DNA of 64,000 bases from Candidatus Marinacidobacterales bacterium (GCA_965224085.1 CBDCYI010000009.1:288001-352000); one strand, 5' to 3'; positions 8,428-18,536 are shown, numbered from the stretch's first letter. Notes: generated from the sequence alone by a model not told the origin. Numbers and translations: made by a program.

Positions 8428-9495
8428 GGCGTTGTGCACGTAGTTCGCGATGTGGTCGCCTACCTCTTCGGTCGAGCGACCTTTGCCTTGAAGCGCTAAA
8501 TCGGACGTCATGTAGCCTTTCCCGAGGGCGGACGCGATGCCGCGCTCGACGGTGCGTGCCTCTTCCTCTAGCTCGAAGGTATAGCGGAGCATCATGGCTA
8601 GCGACGCAATAGCGCCTATCGGATTCGCGAGGCCTTTTCCCACGATATCCGGCGCTGAACCGTGGACGGGCTCGAACAGGCCAACCGCTCCTCCGAGGCT
8701 CGCGGACGGAAGCATGCCGAGCGAGCCGGCGAGCATAGAGGCCTCATCGCTCAAGATGTCTCCGAAAAGATTCGCCGTGAGCAGCACGTCGATGTTGGCC
8801 GGTTTGGCGACGAGCTCCATCGCGGCGCGATCGACGAGCATGTGCTCGAGCGTGACGCCGGGGTAGTCCTTCGCGACCTCGGTAACGACTTCGCGCCACA
8901 GCTTCGACGTCTCGAGCACGTTCGCTTTATCCACCGAGGTCACATGCCGGCGTCTTCGCTTCGCAGCTTCGAACGCGATGCGCGCGACGCGGACGATCTC
9001 CTTCGTATGGTATGTCAGCGTGTTGACCGCCTGCCGATCCTGCCCCAAGCCCGAGATGCCACGAGGCTCGCCAAAGTACAGCCCTCCGGTGAGCTCACGC
9101 ACGATCAGAAGGTCCACGCCCTCGAGCGTTTCTGGCTTAAAGGGTGACGTCGGCGAGACGAATTGCGAGATGACGGGACGCAGATTCGCAAAGCTCTCGA
9201 TCAATCGGCGCAGCTCGAGTAGTGCGAGCTCCGGTCGCTCGTTCGGAGGTAAGTGGTCGTGCCTCGGGTCGCCGACCGCACCGAGAAAAATCGCGGGGGC
9301 GCTCGTGCACGCCTCGCGCGTCTCGTCCGGAAATCCTTTGCCGGCAGCGTCGTAGCCGGCCGAGCCGAACGGATAAGGCGTCGTGTCGCTCTCGTGGCCA
9401 AACTTGGACGCCACCGCGTCCAAGGTCTTCATCGCCTCCGCGACCACTTCGGGGCCAATGCCGTCGCCAGGCAGAACCGTGATCATCAGTTTCAT
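8425..9495 (-). CDS. leuB: 3-isopropylmalate dehydrogenase
   Basis: LPGDGIGPEV, RELTGGLYFG, SVDKANVL, NLFGDILSDEAS and EPVHGSAPDI. Confidence 0.95.
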   Translation of the reverse strand: MKLMITVLPGDGIGPEVVAEAMKTLDAVASKFGHESDTTPYPFGSAGYDAAGKGFPDETREACTSAPAIFLGAVGDPRHDHLPPNERPELALLELRRLIESFANLRPVISQFVSPTSPFKPETLEGVDLLIVRELTGGLYFGEPRGISGLGQDRQAVNTLTYHTKEIVRVARIAFEAAKRRRRHVTSVDKANVLETSKLWREVVTEVAKDYPGVTLEHMLVDRAAMELVAKPANIDVLLTANLFGDILSDEASMLAGSLGMLPSASLGGAVGLFEPVHGSAPDIVGKGLANPIGAIASLAMMLRYTFELEEEARTVERGIASALGKGYMTSDLALQGKGRSTEEVGDHIANYVHNA

Positions 9496-9565
9496 GTGTG
9501 ATCTTTAACACGAAACGTTCGCGCGATTGACGGTAGATGGGAAAAGCTTCGAAAAACTTCCGCTA

Positions 9566-9822
9566 AATGAAGGCGGGGGGCGCCCGAAGGCGCCCCCCTA
9601 TGATTCCAAAAGAACTGTTGCCAAGGATTATTTATGTGGAGTTGTTTAGGACGAGGTAAATGAAAAAGCAGGATAAAGTTGCGGGTTCGGTCGATGGATG
9701 GATAAGACCCGAGCTATGAGACACAGGCCTTTTGCGGACCCCTAGCGAACTGCTCGTCATGGAATCAACAAAGCGAGATCACTTTTTACTGTCCGATTAA
9801 TACTAATGTCGTGTTTAGGTAC
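9566..9822 (-). ncRNA. Candidate small RNA or long structured leader of leuB (family unrecognised)
   Basis: AT-rich region with no convincing ORF, between a near-consensus sigma70 promoter and a terminator-like hairpin. Long-range inverted repeat TGATTCCA (9601-9608)/TGGAATCA (9760-9767). Confidence 0.4.
9575..9598 (-). terminator. GC-rich hairpin, probable intrinsic terminator
   Basis: On the minus strand GGGGGGCGCC-TTCG-GGCGCCCCCC forms a perfect 10-bp stem with a C(UUCG)G loop. The U tail is weak (GCCTTCATTT). Confidence 0.55.
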
Positions 9823-9828
9823 AGCAAT

Positions 9829-9856
9829 ACTATAGGCGGCTTCCCTTTGGTGTCAA
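9829..9856 (-). promoter_or_regulatory. Sigma70-type promoter
   Basis: Minus strand TTGACA (9856-9851), 16-nt spacer, TATAGT (9834-9829). Confidence 0.65.
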
Positions 9857-10216
9857 GACGAAAAAGAAGAGGCGGGACCAAACCACGCCCAATTGACTAT
9901 CGATGAACGGTTTATCCGACAGGCGTCATTTCATACCGTAGATTTATGTAGGCGCTAGATCTTCCTTCCAATAATCAGAACCCGACTCAAACGGATGGCG
10001 CTTGATCTTCATTCGGCTTTTCGCGTAGTATTAGTGGCAGAGTTCGGGCTAATGCTAGTCCGGGCACCACAACCGGCACATCCACAACTGAAATCACGAT
10101 TCTCATATCGCGATAGCTATCTATCGAGGGGATGAGGCGACTTTGTCGCTTCGTCGCGCTGCCGCCACCCAACATCGCAAGCGGCAGTGGTTCGAAATGT
10201 CGAAAGGAGCGGAATC

Positions 10217-11032
10217 GTGCAGGAGTTTCTAGTAGCGGTCGTGGCCTTTCCCACGATCGTGTTCACGTTCGGTCTCGCGGTCGCCCTCCTCTACTGGCTC
10301 GTCGTGATCTTCGGCGCGCTCGACCTGGACTTTCTCGACAGCGCGCTCGGTCTCGACAGCATGGATGCCGCTCTCGACGGAGCGCTCGAATCGATCGACG
10401 GGATGGCAGACGGGGCCGTCGAAGGTGTGGTGGAATCGATCGATGGTGCGGTCGACGGCGCGGCGGAAGGCGCAGCGGACGCCGCTGATTCGGGAGATAC
10501 GAGCGACGGGGCCCGGCAGGGCGCCCTTTCCGGGCTCTTGAACATGATGGGTGTTCGCGGCGTTCCCATCACGGTCGTTGCGAGCTTCGTGCTGCTCTGG
10601 GCATGGATTATCAGCATGGTCGGCTCCAAATTGCTGGGCGCGGCGGCGGCGACGTTCCTCGTCGGCGGCTTTCTCACAGGATCATCGGTCCTCGGTTCGT
10701 TGGTCCTTGCGGCGGTCACCGCTCGGCCTTTCCGGAAAATCTTCGTGACACCCTCTGCGCCCAGTCGCGTTTCGCTCGTCGGAAAAATCTGTATCGTGAC
10801 TTCCGCGAAAGTCGACGGTGAGTTCGGCCGCGCCGAGATCGATGACGGCGCGACCGGTTTCGTCGCCGAAGTGCGATGCCCGCAGGACAACCAATTGACA
10901 CGAGGCGCCAACGCGCTCGTGTATCGCTACGACCCGGCCGACGGCGTCTTTTTCATTGGACCCGTCGACGATGCCTTGGCTACAGCATCGAATGTGGTCG
11001 ATTCACAGTCTGGCTCGATAGGGGGAGGATAA
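10217..11032 (+). CDS. YqiJ/NfeD-like membrane protein with a C-terminal OB fold (flotillin partner)
   Basis: AAGGAG RBS then GTG 10217. N-terminal TM (FPTIVFT), acidic D/G/A-rich linker, GVPITVV TM pair, SLVGKIC..T...FGRAE OB-fold tail. Directly upstream of an SPFH gene. Confidence 0.75.
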   Translation: MQEFLVAVVAFPTIVFTFGLAVALLYWLVVIFGALDLDFLDSALGLDSMDAALDGALESIDGMADGAVEGVVESIDGAVDGAAEGAADAADSGDTSDGARQGALSGLLNMMGVRGVPITVVASFVLLWAWIISMVGSKLLGAAAATFLVGGFLTGSSVLGSLVLAAVTARPFRKIFVTPSAPSRVSLVGKICIVTSAKVDGEFGRAEIDDGATGFVAEVRCPQDNQLTRGANALVYRYDPADGVFFIGPVDDALATASNVVDSQSGSIGGG

Positions 11033-13081
11033 ATGTATTGGGTAATGGTCATTATCGCCGTCGGCGTGGGCGTGCTCATTCTGGGCATGGGCCTTTTGAT
11101 GCTCATCGCCAAGTTCTATCGCAAGGTAGAACAAGGCAAAGCGCTCGTCGTCAACAAGATGAAGCAAGAGCCTGAAGTCACGTTTACCGGCGCCACGGTG
11201 CTCCCCGTAATCCACAAGGCCGAGGTCATGGATATCTCGGTGAAGACACTCGAGATCGACCGGCGCGCGAAAGACGGACTGATCTGCCGTGACAACATTC
11301 GGGCCGACATCAAAGTCAACTTCTTCGTCCGCGTAAATAAACGCAAGGAAGATGTCATCAGAGTCGCGCAGTCCATCGGCTGCGCCCGCGCCTCATCTCC
11401 CGAAACGCTCGACGAGCTCTTCAGCGCCAAGTTCTCCGAAGCGCTGAAGACGGTCGGCAAGCAGCTCGACTTCGTCGACCTCTACACGAAGCGCGACGAA
11501 TTTCGCGACGCCATCATCCAGATCATCGGGCGCGACTTGAACGGCTACGCGCTCGAGGACGCGGCCATCGACTATCTCGAGCAGACCCCCCTCTCACATC
11601 TCGACCCGCAGAACATCCTCGACGCCCAAGGCATTCGCCGTATTACCGAGCTCACCGCGATCGAGCACATCCAAACGAACGAGTTCGAGAACAACGAGAA
11701 AAAAGCCATCACGAAACAGGACGTCGAGCGCGCAAAAGTCATCCTCGAGCTCGATCGCGAGCATGCGGACGCTGAGTCGAAGCAAAAGCGCGAGATCGAA
11801 TCGGTACGCGCGCGCGAATTGGCCGCGCTCCAGCAAGTCCAGGCGGAAGAGCGGCTCAAGTCCGAAACGGCGCGCATCAAGACGGACGAAGAAGTCCAGG
11901 TCGCCGAGGAGAACAAGAATCGCCAGGTCCAGGTTGCTGCCAAGAACCGCGAGCGCATTATTGGCGTCGAGACCGAGCGGGTCTTGAAAGACCGCCAGCT
12001 CGAACAGGTGGTCCGCGAACGTGAAGTCGAGCTCCAGCGCATCGACAAAGAGAAAGCGCTCGAAGTCGAGCGAAAAGAGATCCAGGACGTTATCCGCGAA
12101 CGCGTCGCTGTCGAGCGCACCGTTGTCGAGGAACAGGAGCGCATCAAAGAGCTCCAGGTCGTCGAGGAGGCCAAGCGCACCAAGCAGGCCACCATCATTA
12201 CGGCCGAGGCCGAAGCGGAAGAAGCCCTCGTCAAGGACATCAAAGCCGCCGAGGCCCAGGAGCAGGCTGCGAAGCACAAAGCCGTCGAGCGCATCACCCT
12301 CGCCGACGCCCAGCTCGAGGCCGCCGACCGCGACGCAAAAGCCAAGATCCGTCTCGCGGAAGGTACCCAGGCGGAAGCCGCAGCCGAAGGGCTCGCGGCC
12401 GCGAGGGTCAAAGAGGCCGACGCCGTCGCCTCCGAGAAGCACGGCCTCGCTGAAGTCCGGGTCCAGGAAGCGCAAGCGGGCGCTATCGAGCAAGTCGGCA
12501 CCGCGGAAGCGACCGTGGTTCGCGAGAAAGGCGTCGCCGAGGCGCACACCATCCAGCAGAAGTTCGGCGCTGAGGCGAAAGGCCTCGCGGAAAAAGCCGA
12601 GGCGATGAAAGCGCTCGACAAAGACAGCCGCCAGCACGAGGAGTACCGCATCCGCCTCGAGAACGAGCGCCTGCTCGGTCTCGAAGCGATCCAAGCGCGC
12701 GAAGCCGTCGCCGCGCACAAAGCCCAGGTCCTCTCCAAAGCGCTCGAGTCGGCGGATATCGACATCGTCGGCGGCGACGGTGTCTTTCTCGACCGCATGG
12801 TGAATTCCATCAGCATGGGCAAGGGCGTCGACGAGCTCGTCGATCAAAGCGACGTCATCTCCGGGCTCGCCAAAGACTATTTCAATGGCGACAAGAACAT
12901 CATCAAAGAGATCCGTCAGATCATGAAGGATTCCGGCATCGACGGAGGCATGCTCAAGGACATCACCATCGGGGCGCTTCTGACGAAGATCGCTACCGAT
13001 ATGGGAGGAGACGATCACGAAAAACTGAAGAAGCTTCAACGGCAAGCCAAAGCCTTGGGCATCGACGACGTTCGGCTATAA
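11033..13081 (+). CDS. Flotillin/SPFH (band 7) family protein, YqiK-like
   Basis: N-terminal TM, SPFH domain (GLICRDNIRADIKVNFFVRVN, NILDAQG) and a long EA-rich coiled coil. Confidence 0.85.
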   Translation: MYWVMVIIAVGVGVLILGMGLLMLIAKFYRKVEQGKALVVNKMKQEPEVTFTGATVLPVIHKAEVMDISVKTLEIDRRAKDGLICRDNIRADIKVNFFVRVNKRKEDVIRVAQSIGCARASSPETLDELFSAKFSEALKTVGKQLDFVDLYTKRDEFRDAIIQIIGRDLNGYALEDAAIDYLEQTPLSHLDPQNILDAQGIRRITELTAIEHIQTNEFENNEKKAITKQDVERAKVILELDREHADAESKQKREIESVRARELAALQQVQAEERLKSETARIKTDEEVQVAEENKNRQVQVAAKNRERIIGVETERVLKDRQLEQVVREREVELQRIDKEKALEVERKEIQDVIRERVAVERTVVEEQERIKELQVVEEAKRTKQATIITAEAEAEEALVKDIKAAEAQEQAAKHKAVERITLADAQLEAADRDAKAKIRLAEGTQAEAAAEGLAAARVKEADAVASEKHGLAEVRVQEAQAGAIEQVGTAEATVVREKGVAEAHTIQQKFGAEAKGLAEKAEAMKALDKDSRQHEEYRIRLENERLLGLEAIQAREAVAAHKAQVLSKALESADIDIVGGDGVFLDRMVNSISMGKGVDELVDQSDVISGLAKDYFNGDKNIIKEIRQIMKDSGIDGGMLKDITIGALLTKIATDMGGDDHEKLKKLQRQAKALGIDDVRL

Positions 13082-13099
13082 CGGAAGGCTCACGTAATC

Positions 13100-16000
13100 A
13101 TGAGCACGGACGTACAACAACAACCCGAGATCGAGCGCGGCACTTACGAGATCATCCGGGACCGCTTGCTCGGCCACGGCAAGACACTCGCCGAGAAAGC
13201 CGATGGACTCAACAGGAAACGCCTCGAGATCTTCGGAGGCACCGAGCTCGCGGTCCTGGGCAACGAGCGCATCCGGACCGAGAACAACTGCATCCCGCGC
13301 GACATCAAGGAGGTGGGTAACCACCTCCTGTTCGGCTATAACGTTTTCATCGGCCTCAAGCGCGAGACTCGCGTTGAGGACGTTTTCAGCCTTCACAGCT
13401 ACGAGAAGACGGAGGACGGCTTCGTTTTTCGCAAAGTCGAAAAAAACTCTCCCGACTACTTTCTCTCGGACGTGAAATTTCTAGAGGAGTTCCACGAGCT
13501 CTATCACTATTACAAGAACACCAAGCTCCTCCAGCTGAGACGGGTCAGCGAGAAGCTTCTCGCGGTATTCCAAATTGGCGAGAAGATCGAGGACGTGCGC
13601 GTGTTCCGCTGGGCCATCTCCACCGACGGCGCGGTTACCTATATCGACAACCGCGGCGAGCGCGACCACGTTTTCCCTCGGACCCATGACTTCGAATGGA
13701 CGCTCACAGCGCGTGAAGAGCACGTGCAGGGCCGTCACCCGCACGTCAACATTCTCGACGAAGTTTTCGTCGAGACCGTCGGCGGCGATCTCACGATCAA
13801 GGTCGAGAACAACACCGAAGACGGCCAGGGTATCTATCGCGAGCCGGTGCTCGACGCCGACCAATCTTTGGACGACGCGGAAGTCCACTACGCAGAAGTG
13901 GGCACGCTCATTCTTCTGAAGATGCTCCCCTACCGCGAAACGGATTACCGATATCTCGTCTTCAACACGCGCACCAATCACGTCGATCGCATCGACGCCA
14001 TCGGCCAATCCTGCGTACAGCTTCCCGAGGACCACGGCGTCATCTTTCCGGGCGGCTACTACCTGAAGAGCGGCCACACAAAGTCCTTCGAGCGCGATTT
14101 CCGCGGGATGGAGTTCCTGAGACGTCTGCGCTCCCCGAACGGCGAAGACGTCCTTTACGCGTTTCACGAGCGTGAATCTGGGCGCACGATCCTACTTCCG
14201 TACAACATGATCCGGAAGGAGGTCGACAACCCGCTCAATTGCCACGGCTTCAGCCTCTATCCCGACGGCACGCTCGTCGTGTTCCGCGCTGGCGACGACG
14301 AGCCCAAACGCGTCCATGGGATGCAAGTCTGGCGCACGCCCTTCTTGAGCGAAGAGGCGGTGCAGTCGCGGCCGCCCACCGGCTCGTTCCTCGAGAAAGT
14401 GGGCAATGCCGAGCTCGTGCGCGGCGTCTCCGACTGCTTGAGCATTCGCCGCATGGTCGACGAGCAGGAGCCGACGCGGCAGAAATACGAGGACCTCGTC
14501 GCGGCGGCGGCACGCGTCATCGACAGCTATTACTGGCTCGACAACCCCGAGATTGGAGACCTGCGCGAGCCGCTCCGGAACGTTCACGAGTCCGCCGAGA
14601 GCATCATCGACGAGTTCGAAAAAGTCGAAGCGCTAAGGGCGCAAGCGAGAAGGACTCTCGACGAGGCCGGCGAGAAGGTCCAGGAGATCTTCCGAACCAT
14701 TTATCCCGATTCCTGGACCTCGATCGACCAATATGTCGCCTGTCTCGCGAGCTTACGCTCGGCGCGCGGGCACCTCATTACGCTCCGCGAAACACGCTAT
14801 GTCGATCTCGCCCGAATCGACACGGTCGAAGCGGAGATTGTCGAGCGCTTCGATAATGTCAGCGAGCGCGCCGTCGAGTTTCTTCTGCAAGACGAAGCAC
14901 TACTTCCCTATCAAGAACGCGCGGGCGCGCTCGAGGACGGTGTTCCCGGCCTCTCGAAAGTTACCGAGGCGAACGCCCATCAAGACGCCCTCCAAGAGTT
15001 CGGCGACAGTCTCGATCTCTTGACCGATGTGGTCAGCTCGCTCGAGATCGACGACGCCACGGTCCGCACGCAGATTCTCGGGAACATCTCGGAGATCTTG
15101 GGAAGCCTCAACCGCGTCCGTGCGCTCATCACCAACCGGCGCAAAGAGCTTCTCGGCAAAGAAGGCATCGCTGAGTTCGGCGTGCAATTCCAGCTTTTGA
15201 GCCAAAGCGTAACGAGCGCTCTATCTCTCTCCGACACGCCCGAGAAATGTGACGAACAGCTCTCGAAGCTCATGCTCCAGCTCGAAGATCTGGAAACCCG
15301 TTTCTCCGAGTACGAAGAGTTCACGGACGAGCTCACGACCAAGCGCGAGGAAATCTACGAGGCGTTCAGCTCGAAGAAGCAGTCCCTTGTCGACCGGCGC
15401 CAGCGCCGCGCGCAAAACTTGATGCAGGCCGCCGAGCGTATTCTAGGAAGTGTGACGCGGCGCGCGGAGACGTTCGAGACCGCCGACGACCTGAACGCCT
15501 ATTTCGCTGCTGACGCGATGGTCGCCAAGCTCCGGAGCACGTCAAACAATTTGCGAGAGCTCGGCGACTCTGTCCATGCCGACGAGATCGACGGCCGACT
15601 CAAAGCCGCCAAAGAAGACGCCGCCCGCGGACTTCGCGACCGCCAGGAGATCTACGAGGACGGCGCCAACGTCATCAAGCTCGGCAGGCACCGCTTCAGC
15701 GTCAACACTCAGCCTCTCGAGCTCACCATGGTGCCTCGCGACGACGCCATGGCCTTTCATCTCACCGGCACCGGCTTCTACGAGCAGGTCGACGATGAGA
15801 CCTTCGGAAAAACGCAGGATTTCTGGTCGCAAGAGCTCGTTTCCGAAACGCGTTCAGTCTATCGGGGCGAATATCTGGCCTATTGCGTGCTCGAAGACGC
15901 AGAGCTCGGAGATTCCGAGTTGTCGCTCAAGAAGCTCCTCCAAGCCACCCGCGGCGAAGGGGCGCTTCTGGGCATCATACGCGACTATGCGGCTCTGAGA

Positions 16001-18472
16001 TATGACGAGGGGTATGAGCGCGGCCTCCACGACGCCGACGCGACGCTGATCTTGCAAAAGATCCTGGGCATGCACGAGACCGCGGATCTGCTTCGCTTCA
16101 CCCCGAACGCGCGCGCACTGGCTACCGTTTTCTGGGCGCTCTACGACGACCGGAAAAAGCGCGCGGCCTGGGAAAGCCAAGCTCGCAGCCTCGTCCGCCT
16201 CCGCACCCAATTCGAGCACACGGAGGCGATGACGGAGCTCGGTGGCGAGCTCAACGAAGCGATCGCGACCCATCTCGCCGAGATCGGGATCGATGTGCCG
16301 ACGCAGGCGTCCCGTCTAGCCGGCGCCTACCTGCTCGAAGAGATCGCGCGCGAGCCGCAGAAATTCGTCCTGAGCGCGGATGCAAACGAGCTCAAGCGCG
16401 CTTTCGAAAAGCACTTGCGTGAGTCCGGCGGCGACCGCGAGCTCGAACAGGACTTGCGCGCGCTCAGCGACACGCCCGTGCGCGCTTACGAGCTCACGGA
16501 GGCGTGGATGGCCGCCTTTCTCTCGAGCTCGGAAAACGGCGATCGCTTGGCTCGCTCTTCCCTCGAGGCCGTCGTCGCGCTTCTTTTCGAAGACAAAGTG
16601 AGCCGAGACACCTCGAGCGCGCAGTCCAAAGTCACGGTCGAGGGGCTCCTTGGCCAGCACCCCCGCATGCCGCAAGGCCGTATGGAGCTCCATCTAGACG
16701 AATTCCTCTCGCGGCTCGGCCATTTTCGACATCGACAAGTCAGAGGCTTCAGAGAGTTCCAAAAAGCCCGCCACGACGTGCTCGAGCACGAGCGTGAGAA
16801 TCTACGTCTCGACGAGTACAAGCCCAAGGTCATGTCGTCTTTCGTGCGCAACCGGCTCATCAACGACGTGTATCTACCGCTCATCGGCGACAACCTCGCG
16901 AAACAGATGGGGGCTCTCGGCGACGCCAAGCGCACCGACCTCATGGGGATGCTTCTCCTCATCTCACCTCCGGGCTACGGCAAGACGACTTTGATGGAGT
17001 ACCTCGCCAACCGGCTCGGCCTCGTCTTCATGAAGATTAACGGCCCCGCCCTCGGCCACTCGGTCACATCGCTAGATCCAGGCGAAGCACCGAACGCCAC
17101 CGCGCGCCAGGAGGTCAACAAGCTCAACCTCGCTTTCGAGATGGGCAACAACGTCCTTCTCTACATCGACGACATCCAGCACACCCATCCCGAATTTCTC
17201 CAGAAATTCATCTCGCTCTGCGACGCACAGCGAAAAGTGGAAGGTGTTTGGAAAGGTCGGACGCGCACTTACGATCTGCGCGGCAAGAAGTTCGTCGTGT
17301 GCATGGCGGGAAACCCTTACACGGAATCCGGCGAAAAATTCCAAATCCCAGACATGCTCGCGAACCGCGCCGATACCTACAATCTAGGCGACATCCTCGA
17401 AGGCAAAGACGACTTCTTCGCGCTTTCCTACATCGAGAACGCGCTCACGTCGAACGCCGTCCTCGCGCCCCTCACGACGCGCGAGCAAAGCGATATCGAG
17501 TTGCTCGTGCGCATGGCGAATGGCGAGGCGATTCAAGCGGATCAGTTGAAGCACGGCTACTCCGCCGTCGAGATCGGCGAGATCCAGTCCGTTTTGAAGA
17601 AGCTTCTCAAAGTCCAGCAGGTGCTCCTCGCGATCAACCAGCAATATATTCGCTCGGCGTCGCAAGAAGACGCCTATCGCACCGAGCCGCCTTTCAAGCT
17701 CCAGGGGAGCTACCGCAACATGAACAAGCTCGCTGAGAAGATCGTGGCCGCGATGAACGACGACGAGCTCGAAAGCCTCATCGACGACCACTATCTCGGC
17801 GAATCGCAGACTTTGACGACGGGCGCCGAAGAGAACCTTCTCAAGCTTGCCGAGATGCGCAGCCGGATGAGCGAGAGCCAGAAGGCACGCTGGGAGGAGA
17901 TCAAAAGCGGTTTCGTTCGAGTGCAACGCATGGGGGGCGGCGACGACGACCCCGCGACGAGGCTCACGGGACAGCTCAGCCTGGTCTCCGAGCATCTCGA
18001 AGACATCGGTCAGAGCATCGAGCGCGCCGCCTCGAGTGCTGCTTCTCGCCCGCAAGCGATCTCGGCGGATCCCGACCTCAGCGCGTTCACCGCGCGGGAC
18101 GTCGAGGTCAAGCTCGACCTCGCTCCCTATATCGACAAGCTCCACGAGCTTCTCGAGGCCTTCCAGAACGGGCAAACACAACTCGCCGCCGCACCGCAGA
18201 TCAAGGGCGAGGCCCAGGCGCCGCCAGCGGATTACGAGCTCATCTCACGCGAGTCCTACCTCATCGAAGGCACCCTCATCCCGTTGATGCGCTTCATGGC
18301 GCATCGCTTCCGGGGCTATCGCGGGGTGGACGACCCGAAAATCAAAGCGCTCATACAGAGACTCGAATATGTCGACGATCTCCAGGAGCTCGTCAACGCG
18401 CTCGAGAAAATCAACGTCTCCGCCCTCTCGAACATAACCGACGAAGAGGAGACGGACGAGGCCTCGACATGA
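13100..18472 (+). CDS. Large coiled-coil AAA+ ATPase (family usually auto-annotated 'DNA repair ATPase', DUF3686-like N-terminus)
   Basis: 1790 aa. Beta-rich N-terminal region, long helical middle, then Walker A SPPGYGKTT, Walker B LLYIDD, sensor AGNP and LANRAD. Confidence 0.75.
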   Translation: MSTDVQQQPEIERGTYEIIRDRLLGHGKTLAEKADGLNRKRLEIFGGTELAVLGNERIRTENNCIPRDIKEVGNHLLFGYNVFIGLKRETRVEDVFSLHSYEKTEDGFVFRKVEKNSPDYFLSDVKFLEEFHELYHYYKNTKLLQLRRVSEKLLAVFQIGEKIEDVRVFRWAISTDGAVTYIDNRGERDHVFPRTHDFEWTLTAREEHVQGRHPHVNILDEVFVETVGGDLTIKVENNTEDGQGIYREPVLDADQSLDDAEVHYAEVGTLILLKMLPYRETDYRYLVFNTRTNHVDRIDAIGQSCVQLPEDHGVIFPGGYYLKSGHTKSFERDFRGMEFLRRLRSPNGEDVLYAFHERESGRTILLPYNMIRKEVDNPLNCHGFSLYPDGTLVVFRAGDDEPKRVHGMQVWRTPFLSEEAVQSRPPTGSFLEKVGNAELVRGVSDCLSIRRMVDEQEPTRQKYEDLVAAAARVIDSYYWLDNPEIGDLREPLRNVHESAESIIDEFEKVEALRAQARRTLDEAGEKVQEIFRTIYPDSWTSIDQYVACLASLRSARGHLITLRETRYVDLARIDTVEAEIVERFDNVSERAVEFLLQDEALLPYQERAGALEDGVPGLSKVTEANAHQDALQEFGDSLDLLTDVVSSLEIDDATVRTQILGNISEILGSLNRVRALITNRRKELLGKEGIAEFGVQFQLLSQSVTSALSLSDTPEKCDEQLSKLMLQLEDLETRFSEYEEFTDELTTKREEIYEAFSSKKQSLVDRRQRRAQNLMQAAERILGSVTRRAETFETADDLNAYFAADAMVAKLRSTSNNLRELGDSVHADEIDGRLKAAKEDAARGLRDRQEIYEDGANVIKLGRHRFSVNTQPLELTMVPRDDAMAFHLTGTGFYEQVDDETFGKTQDFWSQELVSETRSVYRGEYLAYCVLEDAELGDSELSLKKLLQATRGEGALLGIIRDYAALRYDEGYERGLHDADATLILQKILGMHETADLLRFTPNARALATVFWALYDDRKKRAAWESQARSLVRLRTQFEHTEAMTELGGELNEAIATHLAEIGIDVPTQASRLAGAYLLEEIAREPQKFVLSADANELKRAFEKHLRESGGDRELEQDLRALSDTPVRAYELTEAWMAAFLSSSENGDRLARSSLEAVVALLFEDKVSRDTSSAQSKVTVEGLLGQHPRMPQGRMELHLDEFLSRLGHFRHRQVRGFREFQKARHDVLEHERENLRLDEYKPKVMSSFVRNRLINDVYLPLIGDNLAKQMGALGDAKRTDLMGMLLLISPPGYGKTTLMEYLANRLGLVFMKINGPALGHSVTSLDPGEAPNATARQEVNKLNLAFEMGNNVLLYIDDIQHTHPEFLQKFISLCDAQRKVEGVWKGRTRTYDLRGKKFVVCMAGNPYTESGEKFQIPDMLANRADTYNLGDILEGKDDFFALSYIENALTSNAVLAPLTTREQSDIELLVRMANGEAIQADQLKHGYSAVEIGEIQSVLKKLLKVQQVLLAINQQYIRSASQEDAYRTEPPFKLQGSYRNMNKLAEKIVAAMNDDELESLIDDHYLGESQTLTTGAEENLLKLAEMRSRMSESQKARWEEIKSGFVRVQRMGGGDDDPATRLTGQLSLVSEHLEDIGQSIERAASSAASRPQAISADPDLSAFTARDVEVKLDLAPYIDKLHELLEAFQNGQTQLAAAPQIKGEAQAPPADYELISRESYLIEGTLIPLMRFMAHRFRGYRGVDDPKIKALIQRLEYVDDLQELVNALEKINVSALSNITDEEETDEAST

Positions 18473-18536
18473 ACGCGCTAGACCTGCGCGCCATGTTACG
18501 ATTCCCAAAACCGGTTCTCACCGAAGGGAGTTCGTG

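Noticed and set aside
9632-9760. 42-codon minus-strand ORF (MTSSSLGVRK...) as a leucine attenuator peptide for leuB
   Set aside because: It has no RBS and no run of Leu codons, so it does not fit classical ribosome-mediated attenuation.
10035-10050. Possible sigma54 site (TGGCAG-N5-GGGC) upstream of the flotillin cluster
   Set aside because: The GG-N10-GC spacing fits, but the conserved TTGC is missing and no enhancer-binding protein gene is nearby. Too weak to call.
11572-13045. Long antisense ORFs (416 and 483 aa) opposite the flotillin, and similar ones at 3651-4823 and 19198-20190
   Set aside because: Shadow ORFs caused by high GC and codon bias in the real genes. They show no family motifs.
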